From Oligoflexales bacterium (lineage in GTDB: Bacteria; Bdellovibrionota_B; Oligoflexia; Oligoflexales; CAIYRB01), in the NCBI GenBank assembly GCA_041736175.1, contig JBGSUI010000227.1, positions 1 through 27,049 of the forward strand: a stretch of DNA of 27,049 nucleotides, given 5' to 3'. Positions within the stretch are counted from its first letter, which is position 1. Each line of letters opens with the position of its first letter. Positions 1 through 8,982 of the stretch are shown piece after piece. The notes under the pieces were generated by a model. The model worked only from the letters and a program-made list of their open reading frames with translations, was not told where the DNA came from and searched no databases. The position numbers were made by a program, and so were the translations under genes.

Positions 1-864
1 AACCTCGGGCTCACCCGGGATCAATATATCGAAGCACTGGGACTTTCGCCCGACGTCTACTGGAAGAGACTCCAGGCAGCCAAGGTCCTCGCCTATTTTC
101 CCGCATTCGTGGAGTTATTCAAGACGGGACAAACCCACGTCTCACAACTTGCTATGATCTCGGGTAAAATCACCGCAGCTAATGCCGACCTTATTTTAGA
201 GGGAATCAGGAATAAAACCAAAAGGGAGTGCGAGGCTTTTATATCGAGGGTCACTTTCGAGGGGACCCTGTTGCCAGGTCAAGAAACCGTTCAAATCACT
301 CTGACTTTAACTTTAGAAGAGATGGCTCTTTTGGACCGTGCCCGCGAAGTGATGTCCCATGGGGGTCATGTACCAAAGAATGCCGAGGTGGTGATCAGTG
401 CCTTAGGGGATCTCCTTGAACACCGTGATCCTTTGCGCAAGGCTGAAAGGGCCAAGCAGAGACAAGAAAAGAAGGAGCAGGGGAAGAACTCCGAGGAGCG
501 TGTCGCCCCGGGACGAACGCCGACCGTGACCGTGGTCCCGGTAACATCGGTCCCGGATTCAGCGACTCCAGAGGTAGCACCTTCTGGAAAAAAACACCGG
601 TCTGCAATTCCCATGGCCGTTCGCCACGAGGTGTGGTCCCGGGACGACGGTCGCTGCACTTGGACAGAGGTGGATGGGAGTCGTTGCAACGAAAAGTTTA
701 ACTTAGAGCTCGATCACGTCCAGACGATGCACTGTCATGGGGGAACCCACGACGTAGAAAATCTTGCCCTTACTTGCCGGCGTCATAATCAGCTTTCAGC
801 AAGGGAAAGGTTGGGAGAAGAATTTTGGGCGAAAAAGAGACAAGAGTGGGATCTAACTCTCTAG
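1..864 (+). CDS. HNH endonuclease domain protein, 5'-partial
   Basis: The frame is open from base 1 (NLGLTRDQYIEALG...), so the gene starts upstream of the window. The C-terminus has an HNH motif: RCTW...RC...LELDHV...GGTHDVENLALTCRRHN. Confidence 0.8.
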   Translation, partial: NLGLTRDQYIEALGLSPDVYWKRLQAAKVLAYFPAFVELFKTGQTHVSQLAMISGKITAANADLILEGIRNKTKRECEAFISRVTFEGTLLPGQETVQITLTLTLEEMALLDRAREVMSHGGHVPKNAEVVISALGDLLEHRDPLRKAERAKQRQEKKEQGKNSEERVAPGRTPTVTVVPVTSVPDSATPEVAPSGKKHRSAIPMAVRHEVWSRDDGRCTWTEVDGSRCNEKFNLELDHVQTMHCHGGTHDVENLALTCRRHNQLSARERLGEEFWAKKRQEWDLTL

Positions 865-1128
865 AGGGCGCGTCGGGGCGGACGACTCGGAGTGACTTTT
901 GGCCGACGGAGTGGTCGAAGCCGAACTTTGTGAAATAATCTTTGAACACTTTTCTGCGGATTTCCTTGCTTTTGTTTTTTGCCAGGAAAAAATACTCCTT
1001 TGCTTTGGCTTGCCAGGATGACAGCCTGGGGTCGGTGGCTGTCGATCATGAGCTTTAAAGCGAGTACTGGAGTGAATCTGACGCTATTAGAGTCAGCAGC
1101 AATCGATAGACTGACATTTAGAAATTCA

Positions 1129-1527
1129 TCATTCAATTTGCTTTCGACACCATTCGATAGCCAAAGTGACTTGGATTAAAACTTCAGCAATTTCCTCTTG
1201 CGTCCAAGCTTCCTGACCCTCTAGGTAACGTCTAATGGTGGCAAATTCAGACAAGCTATTGAGCTGATAGCCAAAAGGAGGGGGAATTCCTATACCTTCT
1301 ATTTTAGTAACTAAAATCCCAATCTCATGCACAAAAGGTATAGGATGGTTTTTCCAGCAAAGGACTCCCTTGAGGGCCTTTTCCAGTGCTTGCTGAGCGA
1401 GTAAAAAAATATTTTCAACGCGAGGTTTAGTTTGTCCTACAAGAAACTTTGCAGACTCTAAATCTTGATCGGCAATTCTTAATAGCTCTAGCGCATATTT
1501 TTGTTCAAATTTACCTTGTTTTGTCAT
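1129..1527 (-). CDS. HEPN domain protein (toxin partner of an MNT-HEPN pair)
   Basis: A.QDLESA...FLLAQQALEKALKG...HEI...RRY is the typical HEPN pattern. It overlaps the upstream MNT gene by 4 nt (ATGA). Confidence 0.8.
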   Translation of the reverse strand: MTKQGKFEQKYALELLRIADQDLESAKFLVGQTKPRVENIFLLAQQALEKALKGVLCWKNHPIPFVHEIGILVTKIEGIGIPPPFGYQLNSLSEFATIRRYLEGQEAWTQEEIAEVLIQVTLAIEWCRKQIE

Positions 1528-1877
1528 AGTTTCTCACCATAGACGATTTTGCCTTCTTGCTTACAAATCATAGGGACGCCACCAATAGTACATTTATTCA
1601 AAAATGCAGACCGATGCATAAATATAATATCGACTGGCCATTCGATGGGAGGTTTCCGACAATAGAAATCTTTTTTGGTCGTTTTTAGGTCCGCAGTGTC
1701 AGGTAATACTACTAGAAAATCTAAGTCTGACGAAGTCGTCATAGCACCACGAGCAGCTGACCCAAAAAGATATATGCATACAGGTTTACAAATATCTAAT
1801 ATCGACCAGACCTCAGTCCTGACAAGATCGTTGACCTCGGTTTGGGGCACAGATTGAGATAAAATCTTCTTTAGCAT
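1524..1877 (-). CDS. Minimal nucleotidyltransferase (MNT) antitoxin
   Basis: LFGSAARG....SDLDFLV is the pol-beta-type NTase motif. I placed the start at ATG 1877 rather than the GTG at 1919; the start is uncertain. Confidence 0.8.
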   Translation of the reverse strand: MLKKILSQSVPQTEVNDLVRTEVWSILDICKPVCIYLFGSAARGAMTTSSDLDFLVVLPDTADLKTTKKDFYCRKPPIEWPVDIIFMHRSAFLNKCTIGGVPMICKQEGKIVYGEKL

Positions 1878-2129
1878 TTCCTGACCTGCTCTTGTCGTTT
1901 TACAACGAAAGCCCCACACATTTCAGACAAGGTCCCGCCGAATTAAATTGATCATAGCAATTATTTTGACAAAAAGCCTCAAAAATCACTCTGCGAGATC
2001 ATGTCGAAAAGCAACATGATCCGGTGCAAAAAAAGAATCGTCATAGGACCCACCCACAGCTATTGACACCCTGATCAACACTATGTTACCACTGGAAACA
2101 TCTTTGGTTTTTTTAAAACGGAGGTGACC

Positions 2130-3416
2130 ATGGCGCGGATCATGTTGGTGAATATAGGAATGCACGGGCACGTCAATCCAACCCTTGGGTTTACCCAAGA
2201 ACTCGTCGAGCGGGGCCACGAGGTTTATTTTTTAAGCTCCCCCGATTTCGAGCCCTCCATCTCCCGTACGGGAGCCACCTTTGTGGAGTATCCCACGGTG
2301 CTCGGGCAGGCGATCGCCTCCACGGCCCAGCTCCAAGCGGAGACCGCGACTTTGGGTCAAGCCATGCCCCCTGCCCTGTCGGTCATGAACCGCTTTATGG
2401 CAGAGTTTGCGACCACCTTTGACCCCCTGTTTGAGCAGATTTCCAGGCTTAAACCTGATCTGATCGTCTATGATTTTGTATCCCTTGCCACCTCGATCAT
2501 CGCCCGCCATCACGGGATCAAGATGGTTAAGTTTTTTACGACCTATGCCTCAAATTCCCACTACAGTATGATGCGAGAGACCTTTGCCAAACACGGTTTT
2601 CCTAGCCCAGAAGACATCCAAAAGGCCCAGACGGTCCTGGACGGGATCTGCCGCCAAAAGGAGTGCATACCCGTCTCACTGCTGACCGCTTTGGAACACA
2701 CCGACGACGACAATCTGGTGTTTATGCCCCGGAGCTTTCAACCCTTTGGCGATACCTTTGACGAGAGGTTTCATTTTGTGGGACCCTGCGTGCGGGCAGG
2801 TAGCTATGACAATCCCCAACATCTGATTCCTAAGGGCGATGGTCCGGTGCTGCTCATCTCCCTCGGCTCTCTCTTTCATGAATGGCTCGCCTTTTACCAA
2901 GACTGCTTTAGAGCCTTCGGCAACACCCCCTGGCGGGTCGTTATGGCCACGGGAAGGCTGGACCAAAGCCTGCTCGGACAGGTCCCCGACAACTTCCATA
3001 TCATGTCCCATATCCCGCAGATCGATCTATTGCCCCACGTGGATCTGTTTATATCCCACGGAGGTATGAACTCCACCATGGAGGCTGGATATTTTGGAGT
3101 GCCTTTGGTGGTGATTCCCCAGATCGAAGAACAGCAGGTCACGGCCCTACGGGTCCAGGAGACGGGCCTCGGAGTCTACCTCAAGCGGGACGAAGTCGAC
3201 GCCGCAGCCCTCTCAAAGGCGGTGGCAGAGGTGGCAGGGAGTCCGCAGGTGGCACACAATATCAGGGCCCTGCAGCAGGAGATCCACCAGGCCGGTGGGT
3301 CTAAAGGAGCTGCCGATCTTATGGAATCAAAGCTTACACTTTCAGCCTCAGCAGCGTACCCCGTGATCTCGCGCTCGCCAGAAACCGTGCCAAACAAACA
3401 GGACTCTACAAGATAA
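2130..3416 (+). CDS. GT1 UDP-glycosyltransferase, MGT/OleD/YjiC-like family
   Basis: N-terminal GHVNPTL and UDP-sugar-binding box PQIDLL...FISHGGMNSTMEAGYFGVPLVVIPQIEEQ. RBS GGAGGT at 2120-2125 precedes ATG 2130. Confidence 0.9.
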   Translation: MARIMLVNIGMHGHVNPTLGFTQELVERGHEVYFLSSPDFEPSISRTGATFVEYPTVLGQAIASTAQLQAETATLGQAMPPALSVMNRFMAEFATTFDPLFEQISRLKPDLIVYDFVSLATSIIARHHGIKMVKFFTTYASNSHYSMMRETFAKHGFPSPEDIQKAQTVLDGICRQKECIPVSLLTALEHTDDDNLVFMPRSFQPFGDTFDERFHFVGPCVRAGSYDNPQHLIPKGDGPVLLISLGSLFHEWLAFYQDCFRAFGNTPWRVVMATGRLDQSLLGQVPDNFHIMSHIPQIDLLPHVDLFISHGGMNSTMEAGYFGVPLVVIPQIEEQQVTALRVQETGLGVYLKRDEVDAAALSKAVAEVAGSPQVAHNIRALQQEIHQAGGSKGAADLMESKLTLSASAAYPVISRSPETVPNKQDSTR

Positions 3417-3457
3417 GGTTGGGTTGCTAAGATGGGTTCCATCGAAAGGATAGTAGG

Positions 3458-4663
3458 ATGACCAAGCGTTTTCCAAGGTCTGAATTATTGCAAATCCTCG
3501 TCTTAGCCGGGGTTCAGTTTTCCCATATCCTGGATTTTGTGTTGATGATGCCCCTTGGTCCCCAGTTGATGCGGGTGTTTGCCATCGATGTGGAGTCGTT
3601 TTCCCTCTTGGTCTCAGTCTACACCTTGGCCGCGGCTGGGAGTTGTTTTTTGGCGTCCCTGGTGATGGACCGGTTTGACCGTAAAAAAGTCCTGACCACT
3701 GTTTACGGTGGACTGGTTATTGGAACTTTTTTATGTGGAGTCGCCCCTAACTTTACGCTCCTAATCTTAGCCAGGATTGTTACGGGAATCTTTGGCGGAC
3801 TCCTCCAGTCCATTATCCTCTCGGTCCTCGGGGACCTTGTGCCCGTGGGCCGTCGTGGTCAAGCCACGGGCATGGTCCTAGCTGCCTTTGCCGTGGCCTC
3901 GGTGGTCGGTGTGCCTTTTGGACTGGAAATCGCCAATCGCTTTGGCTGGAACGCTCCGTTTCTGACCTTAGGAGTGATCAGCCTTATAAACCTCCTCCTC
4001 GTCCATAAACTCATACCCTCCCAAGGCGCAGGCTCCCACCTTCAGGGCACTACCTCCCGCGGCAATCTTTGGTCCCTCCTTAAAAACTCCAACACCCGAG
4101 TAGCAGCCGTTCTCACGGTCTGTATGATGAGCACCTTTGCCATGTTTCCCTTTATCAGCACTTTTTTGGTGCAGATGGTCGGGGTCCAGGAATCCCAGCT
4201 TTCCCTGATCTATTTGACCGGCGGCCTGGCGTCGCTGATTGCTGCTCCCCTTTTAGGATGGCTCGCGGACCGGTTTGGTGCCAAACTCGTCTTTGTCTTG
4301 TGCTCGGTCTTTGCCTGTGGCTCGGTGATCGCCTTTAGCCATATCCCCCATGGAGCCTATCATCTGGCGATCATCCTTAACATGTTTATCGCTGCCGTCG
4401 GAGTCGGACGAATGACTCCCTTTATGGAACTCATCAACCGCAGCGTCACCTCCCAAAATAGGGGCAGCTTTATGACCCTCATCGCCGCCGTGCAGCAGCT
4501 CTCAGCGAGCGGGGCCTCCTATCTGGGGGGATTGATTTTAGGGGGTGGCGCTGGGTTTCAGAATTTTGTGGTGATCGGCTGGGTGGTCGCCCTGTCGATC
4601 GTGGTATCCATAGGACTGATTTTTCTGTTTAAACCCCTTCCGTCTCAGATGGCCCCGGCTTAA
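3458..4663 (+). CDS. MFS transporter (drug/metabolite efflux type)
   Basis: About 12 hydrophobic segments with MFS motif A (MDRFDRKK; GWLADRFGAK). Confidence 0.9.
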   Translation: MTKRFPRSELLQILVLAGVQFSHILDFVLMMPLGPQLMRVFAIDVESFSLLVSVYTLAAAGSCFLASLVMDRFDRKKVLTTVYGGLVIGTFLCGVAPNFTLLILARIVTGIFGGLLQSIILSVLGDLVPVGRRGQATGMVLAAFAVASVVGVPFGLEIANRFGWNAPFLTLGVISLINLLLVHKLIPSQGAGSHLQGTTSRGNLWSLLKNSNTRVAAVLTVCMMSTFAMFPFISTFLVQMVGVQESQLSLIYLTGGLASLIAAPLLGWLADRFGAKLVFVLCSVFACGSVIAFSHIPHGAYHLAIILNMFIAAVGVGRMTPFMELINRSVTSQNRGSFMTLIAAVQQLSASGASYLGGLILGGGAGFQNFVVIGWVVALSIVVSIGLIFLFKPLPSQMAPA

Positions 4664-4703
4664 TTTAGGTTGGGGCACTTAACCTGTTTATTTTGGAGGA
4701 TTT

Positions 4704-5813
4704 ATGGCTCGTCAATTTTTAAAAAGGTGTGTCCCCTCGGGTCTTGCGCTTTTGTTTATGGCAGGCTCCCTCGCGACAACCTCCGTACAGGCTGCAGAGG
4801 TCGCCGCCCCTGTCGATCCCACTCCTGCCCACCTGGTGTCTCCCGAGGCGACTGTTCGTGATCCGCAGATGGAGGCTGCGTCCCCTGATAGCCCGCTTTT
4901 TGTAGCGGTCTTTGGAGACAGCGTCACCTTAGGGACGATGGCTGACGCCCAATTCGGCAATCCGGGGCCACGGTTTTATGCGGATTTTATCGGCTCACTC
5001 TCTGTGGGAACCCTAAACGATTTTATCTTGAAGCAGATGAATCGCCAACTCAGCGAAGACGAGATGCACAACACTATCATGCGGCTTTTCGGCAATATGG
5101 CCCGCAAGAATCTATCGCCTTTTCTGGGTACCCAAGACTACTCTCTTCCCGTCCTAATCAATGAGACCACAGGCAACACCCCAAAAATCTACAACGGCGC
5201 GCAGATGGCAGGGGCCTATTACTTTGGCCATCTATATCTGGATAAATTTACAAAATTCTACCAAAGAAACCCCTTTCATAAACGCCCCGAACTGGTGATC
5301 GTTAACTTTAACGGCATGGACTTTATGGACAACCGGTCACCTGAAGTTTATAGCACCAAAGTCAAAGAGTTTTACCAGCGCCTGACCAAGATGGTCCCCT
5401 ATGCCACCATCGTCGTCACTGGCATCAAAGACTCCATCCCCCTGCTGACCTATCCGGACCGGGTGGCCGTCCCCAACTCTCCCGTAGGCCCGATCACCTG
5501 CTCGGCACTCTATAAATTCGTTCGTTTTTCAAACGCAACCGGACTCTATCCCGAGGCTCCCCAAGCCGCCATCGACTTGGCCTATGGGCGGCTTGCGGTC
5601 TTGCGGGGGATTCTGGAAAAGGAGGTTGGCCTGATCAACACCGACCGCATCGCCTACCCCCATTTTAAAGGCCGGATGGTCTATGTAGATCCCACGACGG
5701 ATGACGGCATCACTCCCGAGATGATTGCGGCAGACTGTATCCATCCCAATCAAGAAGGCCAAAAAATCATCGGCGAAAGTATGTGGAATGTGATCGAACC
5801 GCTCCTACCCTAA
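4704..5813 (+). CDS. Secreted SGNH/GDSL hydrolase
   Basis: Signal peptide ending VQA, block I FGDSVT, block III NFNGMD and block V DCIHPN. RBS GGAGG is upstream. Confidence 0.8.
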   Translation: MARQFLKRCVPSGLALLFMAGSLATTSVQAAEVAAPVDPTPAHLVSPEATVRDPQMEAASPDSPLFVAVFGDSVTLGTMADAQFGNPGPRFYADFIGSLSVGTLNDFILKQMNRQLSEDEMHNTIMRLFGNMARKNLSPFLGTQDYSLPVLINETTGNTPKIYNGAQMAGAYYFGHLYLDKFTKFYQRNPFHKRPELVIVNFNGMDFMDNRSPEVYSTKVKEFYQRLTKMVPYATIVVTGIKDSIPLLTYPDRVAVPNSPVGPITCSALYKFVRFSNATGLYPEAPQAAIDLAYGRLAVLRGILEKEVGLINTDRIAYPHFKGRMVYVDPTTDDGITPEMIAADCIHPNQEGQKIIGESMWNVIEPLLP

Positions 5814-5835
5814 ACATCTTTCCTGATACCCAGCC

Positions 5836-5884
5836 TCTGCTCCGGGACTTTTGCGATCGCATTCCCCGGAGCGGGCCTTTTGTT
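5836..5884 (+). terminator. Probable intrinsic terminator of the GT-MFS-SGNH operon
   Basis: Stem GCTCCGGG (5839-5846) / CCCGGAGC (5865-5872), followed by CCTTTTGTT. Confidence 0.5.
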
Positions 5885-5931
5885 GAGTGCGTATAGGATG
5901 ACATCGGTAACTATGATCGAGCGTCGAGAGG

Positions 5932-5990
5932 ATGAAGTACTCCCGGCTTCCCGGAAGCCGCCGAGTCTTTAGCTCGGACGGAGGCTTCAC
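5932..5990 (-). mobile_element. Possible orphan IS200/IS605-type right end (structured palindromic element)
   Basis: The minus strand reads TGAAGCCTCC-[two hairpins]-GGAGTACTTCAT, a three-way junction resembling IS605-family right ends. No transposase is present. Confidence 0.35.
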
Positions 5991-6029
5991 AAGGTTACTC
6001 CTAGAAGGAGATAGAGCTAATCTCTAAGT

Positions 6030-6217
6030 CTATATACTTACATGATGTAAATAGAATGAAAAAACCATTCTATATACGTAAATTAAGTATTTAGATGGCT
6101 TGTTTGATTGACTGATTAAGCCAATTTATTTAGTATATTTGATATGCTGAAGCATATTACCTATCGCGATCGACAGCCTTGACAAAAAGCCCCTAAATAC
6201 TCAAAATAAGTAGTTAG
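6030..6217. promoter_or_regulatory. Three 25-bp palindromic operator-like sites and a sigma-70-like promoter upstream of the hipA remnant
   Basis: CTATATACT-N7-TGTAAATAG (6030-6054), CTATATACG-N7-AGTATTTAG (6070-6094) and CTAAATACT-N7-AGTAGTTAG (6193-6217). TTGACA at 6179-6184 lies 17 nt before CAAAAT, which is inside the third site. Confidence 0.55.
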
Positions 6218-6288
6218 TAGTATTTATTGTGTCAAACGACTTTATCCGAGCTTATAGAGTGGCTTATTTATGACATTGCCGATCCATA

Positions 6289-6699
6289 ATGACAAAAACT
6301 TTAGAAAAAAAGGTCGAAAAAGACGGGTTTAATTTCTTACTCGGTAATACAGATGCTCACCTCAAGAATTTTGCGTTGTTCCACACCTTGAGGGATGGCA
6401 AAGCCTCCCATCGGCTCACGCCATTCTACGACATCTTTCCTTCGCTGCTTTACACTGACAAGGATACCGATGAACTTGGGCTGAGTCTTAGCAACCGAAA
6501 AAATCGCTTTGCTAAGAAAGATTTTGAACAGCTGGCTCGCCTTCTTTTGCTGGGGCCACGGACCGTCTCGGCGTTCCTTAGCAGCTTTAGATCAGCCCGT
6601 GAAAAACTCATATTGGCTTTGGATACCTATGAAGTTTCACACGCTAGACAGTTCAAGGTTTTGGAGCTTGCAAAAAAGCGCTTAGGTCAGCTGGAATAA
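6289..6699 (+). pseudogene. hipA: C-terminal fragment of a HipA-family kinase toxin
   Basis: NFLLGNTDAHLKNFAL...LTPFYDI are the HipA catalytic motifs, but the ORF is only 136 aa. The N-terminal kinase lobe and hipB are absent. Confidence 0.75.
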
Positions 6700-6888
6700 T
6701 CTAAACTCCTAATGGGGGTCGAAACATCGTTCAAACAAGAAAGCTCAACGGGAGCATTCCTAATTTAATCGATGATGTCGTTCTTTCCGTAATGGGCCAA
6801 TCAAAAACTTCCGAAAAGGAACATCGCCTCTTATAGGCAGGTTCCTTAGACCATCTTTAACTGACTGTTAATAATATACAAAAGTCAT

Positions 6889-6904
6889 TGGATCGAGTCT
6901 TGCA
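6889..6904 (+). promoter_or_regulatory. Sigma-54 (-24/-12) promoter candidate
   Basis: TGGATCGAGTCTTGCA has GG-N10-GC spacing with TTGCA. It supports the ATG 6961 start. Confidence 0.5.
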
Positions 6905-6960
6905 TGTGTAGTTTCGAAGCAATGTTGCTTTATGACAACTTTACACGAAAGGTTCCATCA

Positions 6961-8283
6961 ATGAAATTCACGCGACTTATCTATCTATCCCTTTGGACTG
7001 TGACAATGTCTTGCTCGCAGTCTGAAAAACCACCCAGCTTCACCGCTGCACTGATCGATCAGAATGACCTGGTACCCGAACAAAGCGAGTCCTATGTGCA
7101 AAAAATTGGGTCCCTAACGAACGGGAAATCCAACTGTACCGCTTTTTTAACAGGACCCTCTGAATTGTCGACAGCAGCCCACTGTGTCGAGACTGCCGAC
7201 CTTAAATCATTTAGGTTTAACATAGCCAACAGGCTATTTAAGCTGAAATCGCGGAAGCTCAATAGGAAGACTGGTTTTGCCAGCCTTGTAGTCGACGGAA
7301 ATTTTGAAAATTATTTCGAGTTCGATAGTCTCAAAAGTGATGCTGTCACTCTGGTCGCTTACGACTATCAAAATCATGAGCTAGCCAGTCATAAATCCTG
7401 TAGAGTCAATCGGGATCTCAATTACAAAGGACTTCTCGTCCACACATGCGATTCGGTAGCAGGAATGAGCGGTTCTCCATTACTCCAGCAGGGAAAAGTC
7501 GTCGGAATCCATTTGGGTTCCCTACCACTAAATCAGGCAAATGGTGCCCTCGAAGCGACTTATAGAGATGACTCTAAAATGAATTTACCCCTAGGGCTCA
7601 TTAAACCAGAAGGACTTTTTGGAAAATGTAATCCATGGTGTGATTCAGACGGTATTTCTGACCCTACCACGGAACAAGGCAACGCCCTTGGCAAAGTTAA
7701 AGATAATACAGCTCGAGTGTTGGGAGTTGCTCGGGACCATGTTGAACGCTCGGCAGAAGGAATTGAGAGGTTTGTCAGTTCCATCAAGGTTGATGAAAAC
7801 ATGCTGTATGACGCTTATATAACAGCTAGTCTTTTATACAATGGATCGGCATGCGTGATTTCTGCCACGACTGCACCAGGATTTGCAGCGCGTACCGATC
7901 CTGGAACAGTCTACTGTGGTGCTAATGCCTGTCTTTGTGCCTTTGGCGCCGCTGCCGCGATTTATCAAAAAAACCAGTATTTTATTGAACACGGTGGAAT
8001 GGCTAAACCTATGTCTAACAGCGAGATTTTAAATAGCGATCCTTTCGTCAATGCATCAAAAGATATCGACAATCAACGGGAAGGTCTTGTTGCAGCTCTT
8101 GGAATCATACCTCAAGGATTTTTTGGAGTTCCAAATGATGCCATTTATTGGTCAAATGGTGGCGATGCCTATTGCTGGGTCCCCCATCCAAAATATATCA
8201 GTGGTCCTATTTACGGGTACAAATTGAATGTCCATGGAATGACCACCATGCGTCGCGATGGTGCATGCCCTGGAATGATCTAG
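6961..8283 (+). CDS. Trypsin-like (S1) serine protease lipoprotein with a long C-terminal extension
   Basis: Signal/lipobox MKFTRLIYLSLWTVTMSC, catalytic His motif TAAHC and Ser motif CDSVAGMSGSP. Confidence 0.8.
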   Translation: MKFTRLIYLSLWTVTMSCSQSEKPPSFTAALIDQNDLVPEQSESYVQKIGSLTNGKSNCTAFLTGPSELSTAAHCVETADLKSFRFNIANRLFKLKSRKLNRKTGFASLVVDGNFENYFEFDSLKSDAVTLVAYDYQNHELASHKSCRVNRDLNYKGLLVHTCDSVAGMSGSPLLQQGKVVGIHLGSLPLNQANGALEATYRDDSKMNLPLGLIKPEGLFGKCNPWCDSDGISDPTTEQGNALGKVKDNTARVLGVARDHVERSAEGIERFVSSIKVDENMLYDAYITASLLYNGSACVISATTAPGFAARTDPGTVYCGANACLCAFGAAAAIYQKNQYFIEHGGMAKPMSNSEILNSDPFVNASKDIDNQREGLVAALGIIPQGFFGVPNDAIYWSNGGDAYCWVPHPKYISGPIYGYKLNVHGMTTMRRDGACPGMI

Positions 8284-8395
8284 CTGTCTTAGATAAAACA
8301 ACCGGTGCTATTTATTTTTGTTTTGATAGCACACTTATTGCAAACAACGTGCTAGGGATGTTGCCCAGCCTTCACTTGACTAAAGGAATTAATTT

Positions 8396-8929
8396 ATGAG
8401 AAGAATACAATTATTGAGAGTCATCATTCTATTTAGCTGCGCTACGCTATTTTTATCGCGGCAAGCTGTCGCTGAAATTGCACTCAACGACTGGGGTGGA
8501 TTGGTGAGCCGCTATCAAAATGACGAAACTTCAATCACCTTTTATTTACCCCATCTTTGGGAAAATGGACCTCGGTTTGGACTGTTTAGTGGGGATAAGA
8601 GGAGTTCACATAGTGAAAACCTAGGTATTTCCGTCAGGCAGGTGCTCTCTCCAATCAAATCAGAGAGCATGATCTTTTTTGCCGATCTAAAACTAGGGGA
8701 AGAAACCTACAGAAACCTAGAAAATGATTCCAAAAAATTTCGGTTCTCTGAGTTTGGTTTTTTTACAGGCATCAATCTTGCCGGACCCACGTTGCGTCAT
8801 ACGGTGGTTGTAAGCATCGGAGTTGTTGATCGCTCAAATGACATCTCCAAAAAAACAATCTCGGATAACCAACTACAAATAACGGAAAAGAAAATCGAGC
8901 CTGCTTGGGAATTGTGGTTTGTTTTTTAA
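8396..8929 (+). CDS. Secreted protein, probable small outer-membrane beta-barrel
   Basis: Signal peptide ending AVA, alternating amphipathic strands and C-terminal WELWFVF ending in Phe. Confidence 0.5.
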   Translation: MRRIQLLRVIILFSCATLFLSRQAVAEIALNDWGGLVSRYQNDETSITFYLPHLWENGPRFGLFSGDKRSSHSENLGISVRQVLSPIKSESMIFFADLKLGEETYRNLENDSKKFRFSEFGFFTGINLAGPTLRHTVVVSIGVVDRSNDISKKTISDNQLQITEKKIEPAWELWFVF

Positions 8930-8930
8930 A

Positions 8931-8944
8931 CCTCTTTAAACAAG
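8931..8944 (+). repeat. 14-bp direct repeat, left copy (CCTCTTTAAACAAG)
   Basis: Identical to 11122-11135. The two copies flank the first peptide + metalloprotease unit. Confidence 0.7.
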
Positions 8945-8948
8945 AAGG

Positions 8949-8982
8949 AGCATCTTGTGGTCTAGGGCTACCAGATGCTTTT
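8949..8982. terminator. Hairpin between convergent genes
   Basis: AGCATCT/AGATGCT stem with an inner GTGGTC/GGCTAC stem, followed by TTT. Confidence 0.45.

Noticed and set aside
861..1136. 91-aa minus-strand ORF after HEPN
   Set aside because: TTG start and no recognisable motif; it overlaps structured intergenic DNA and is probably spurious.
2063..2092. TTGACA upstream of the glycosyltransferase
   Set aside because: No convincing -10 element at 16-18 nt spacing.
8327..8342. TAGCACACTTATTGCA as a sigma-54 promoter
   Set aside because: It lacks the invariant GG at -24, so it was not called.
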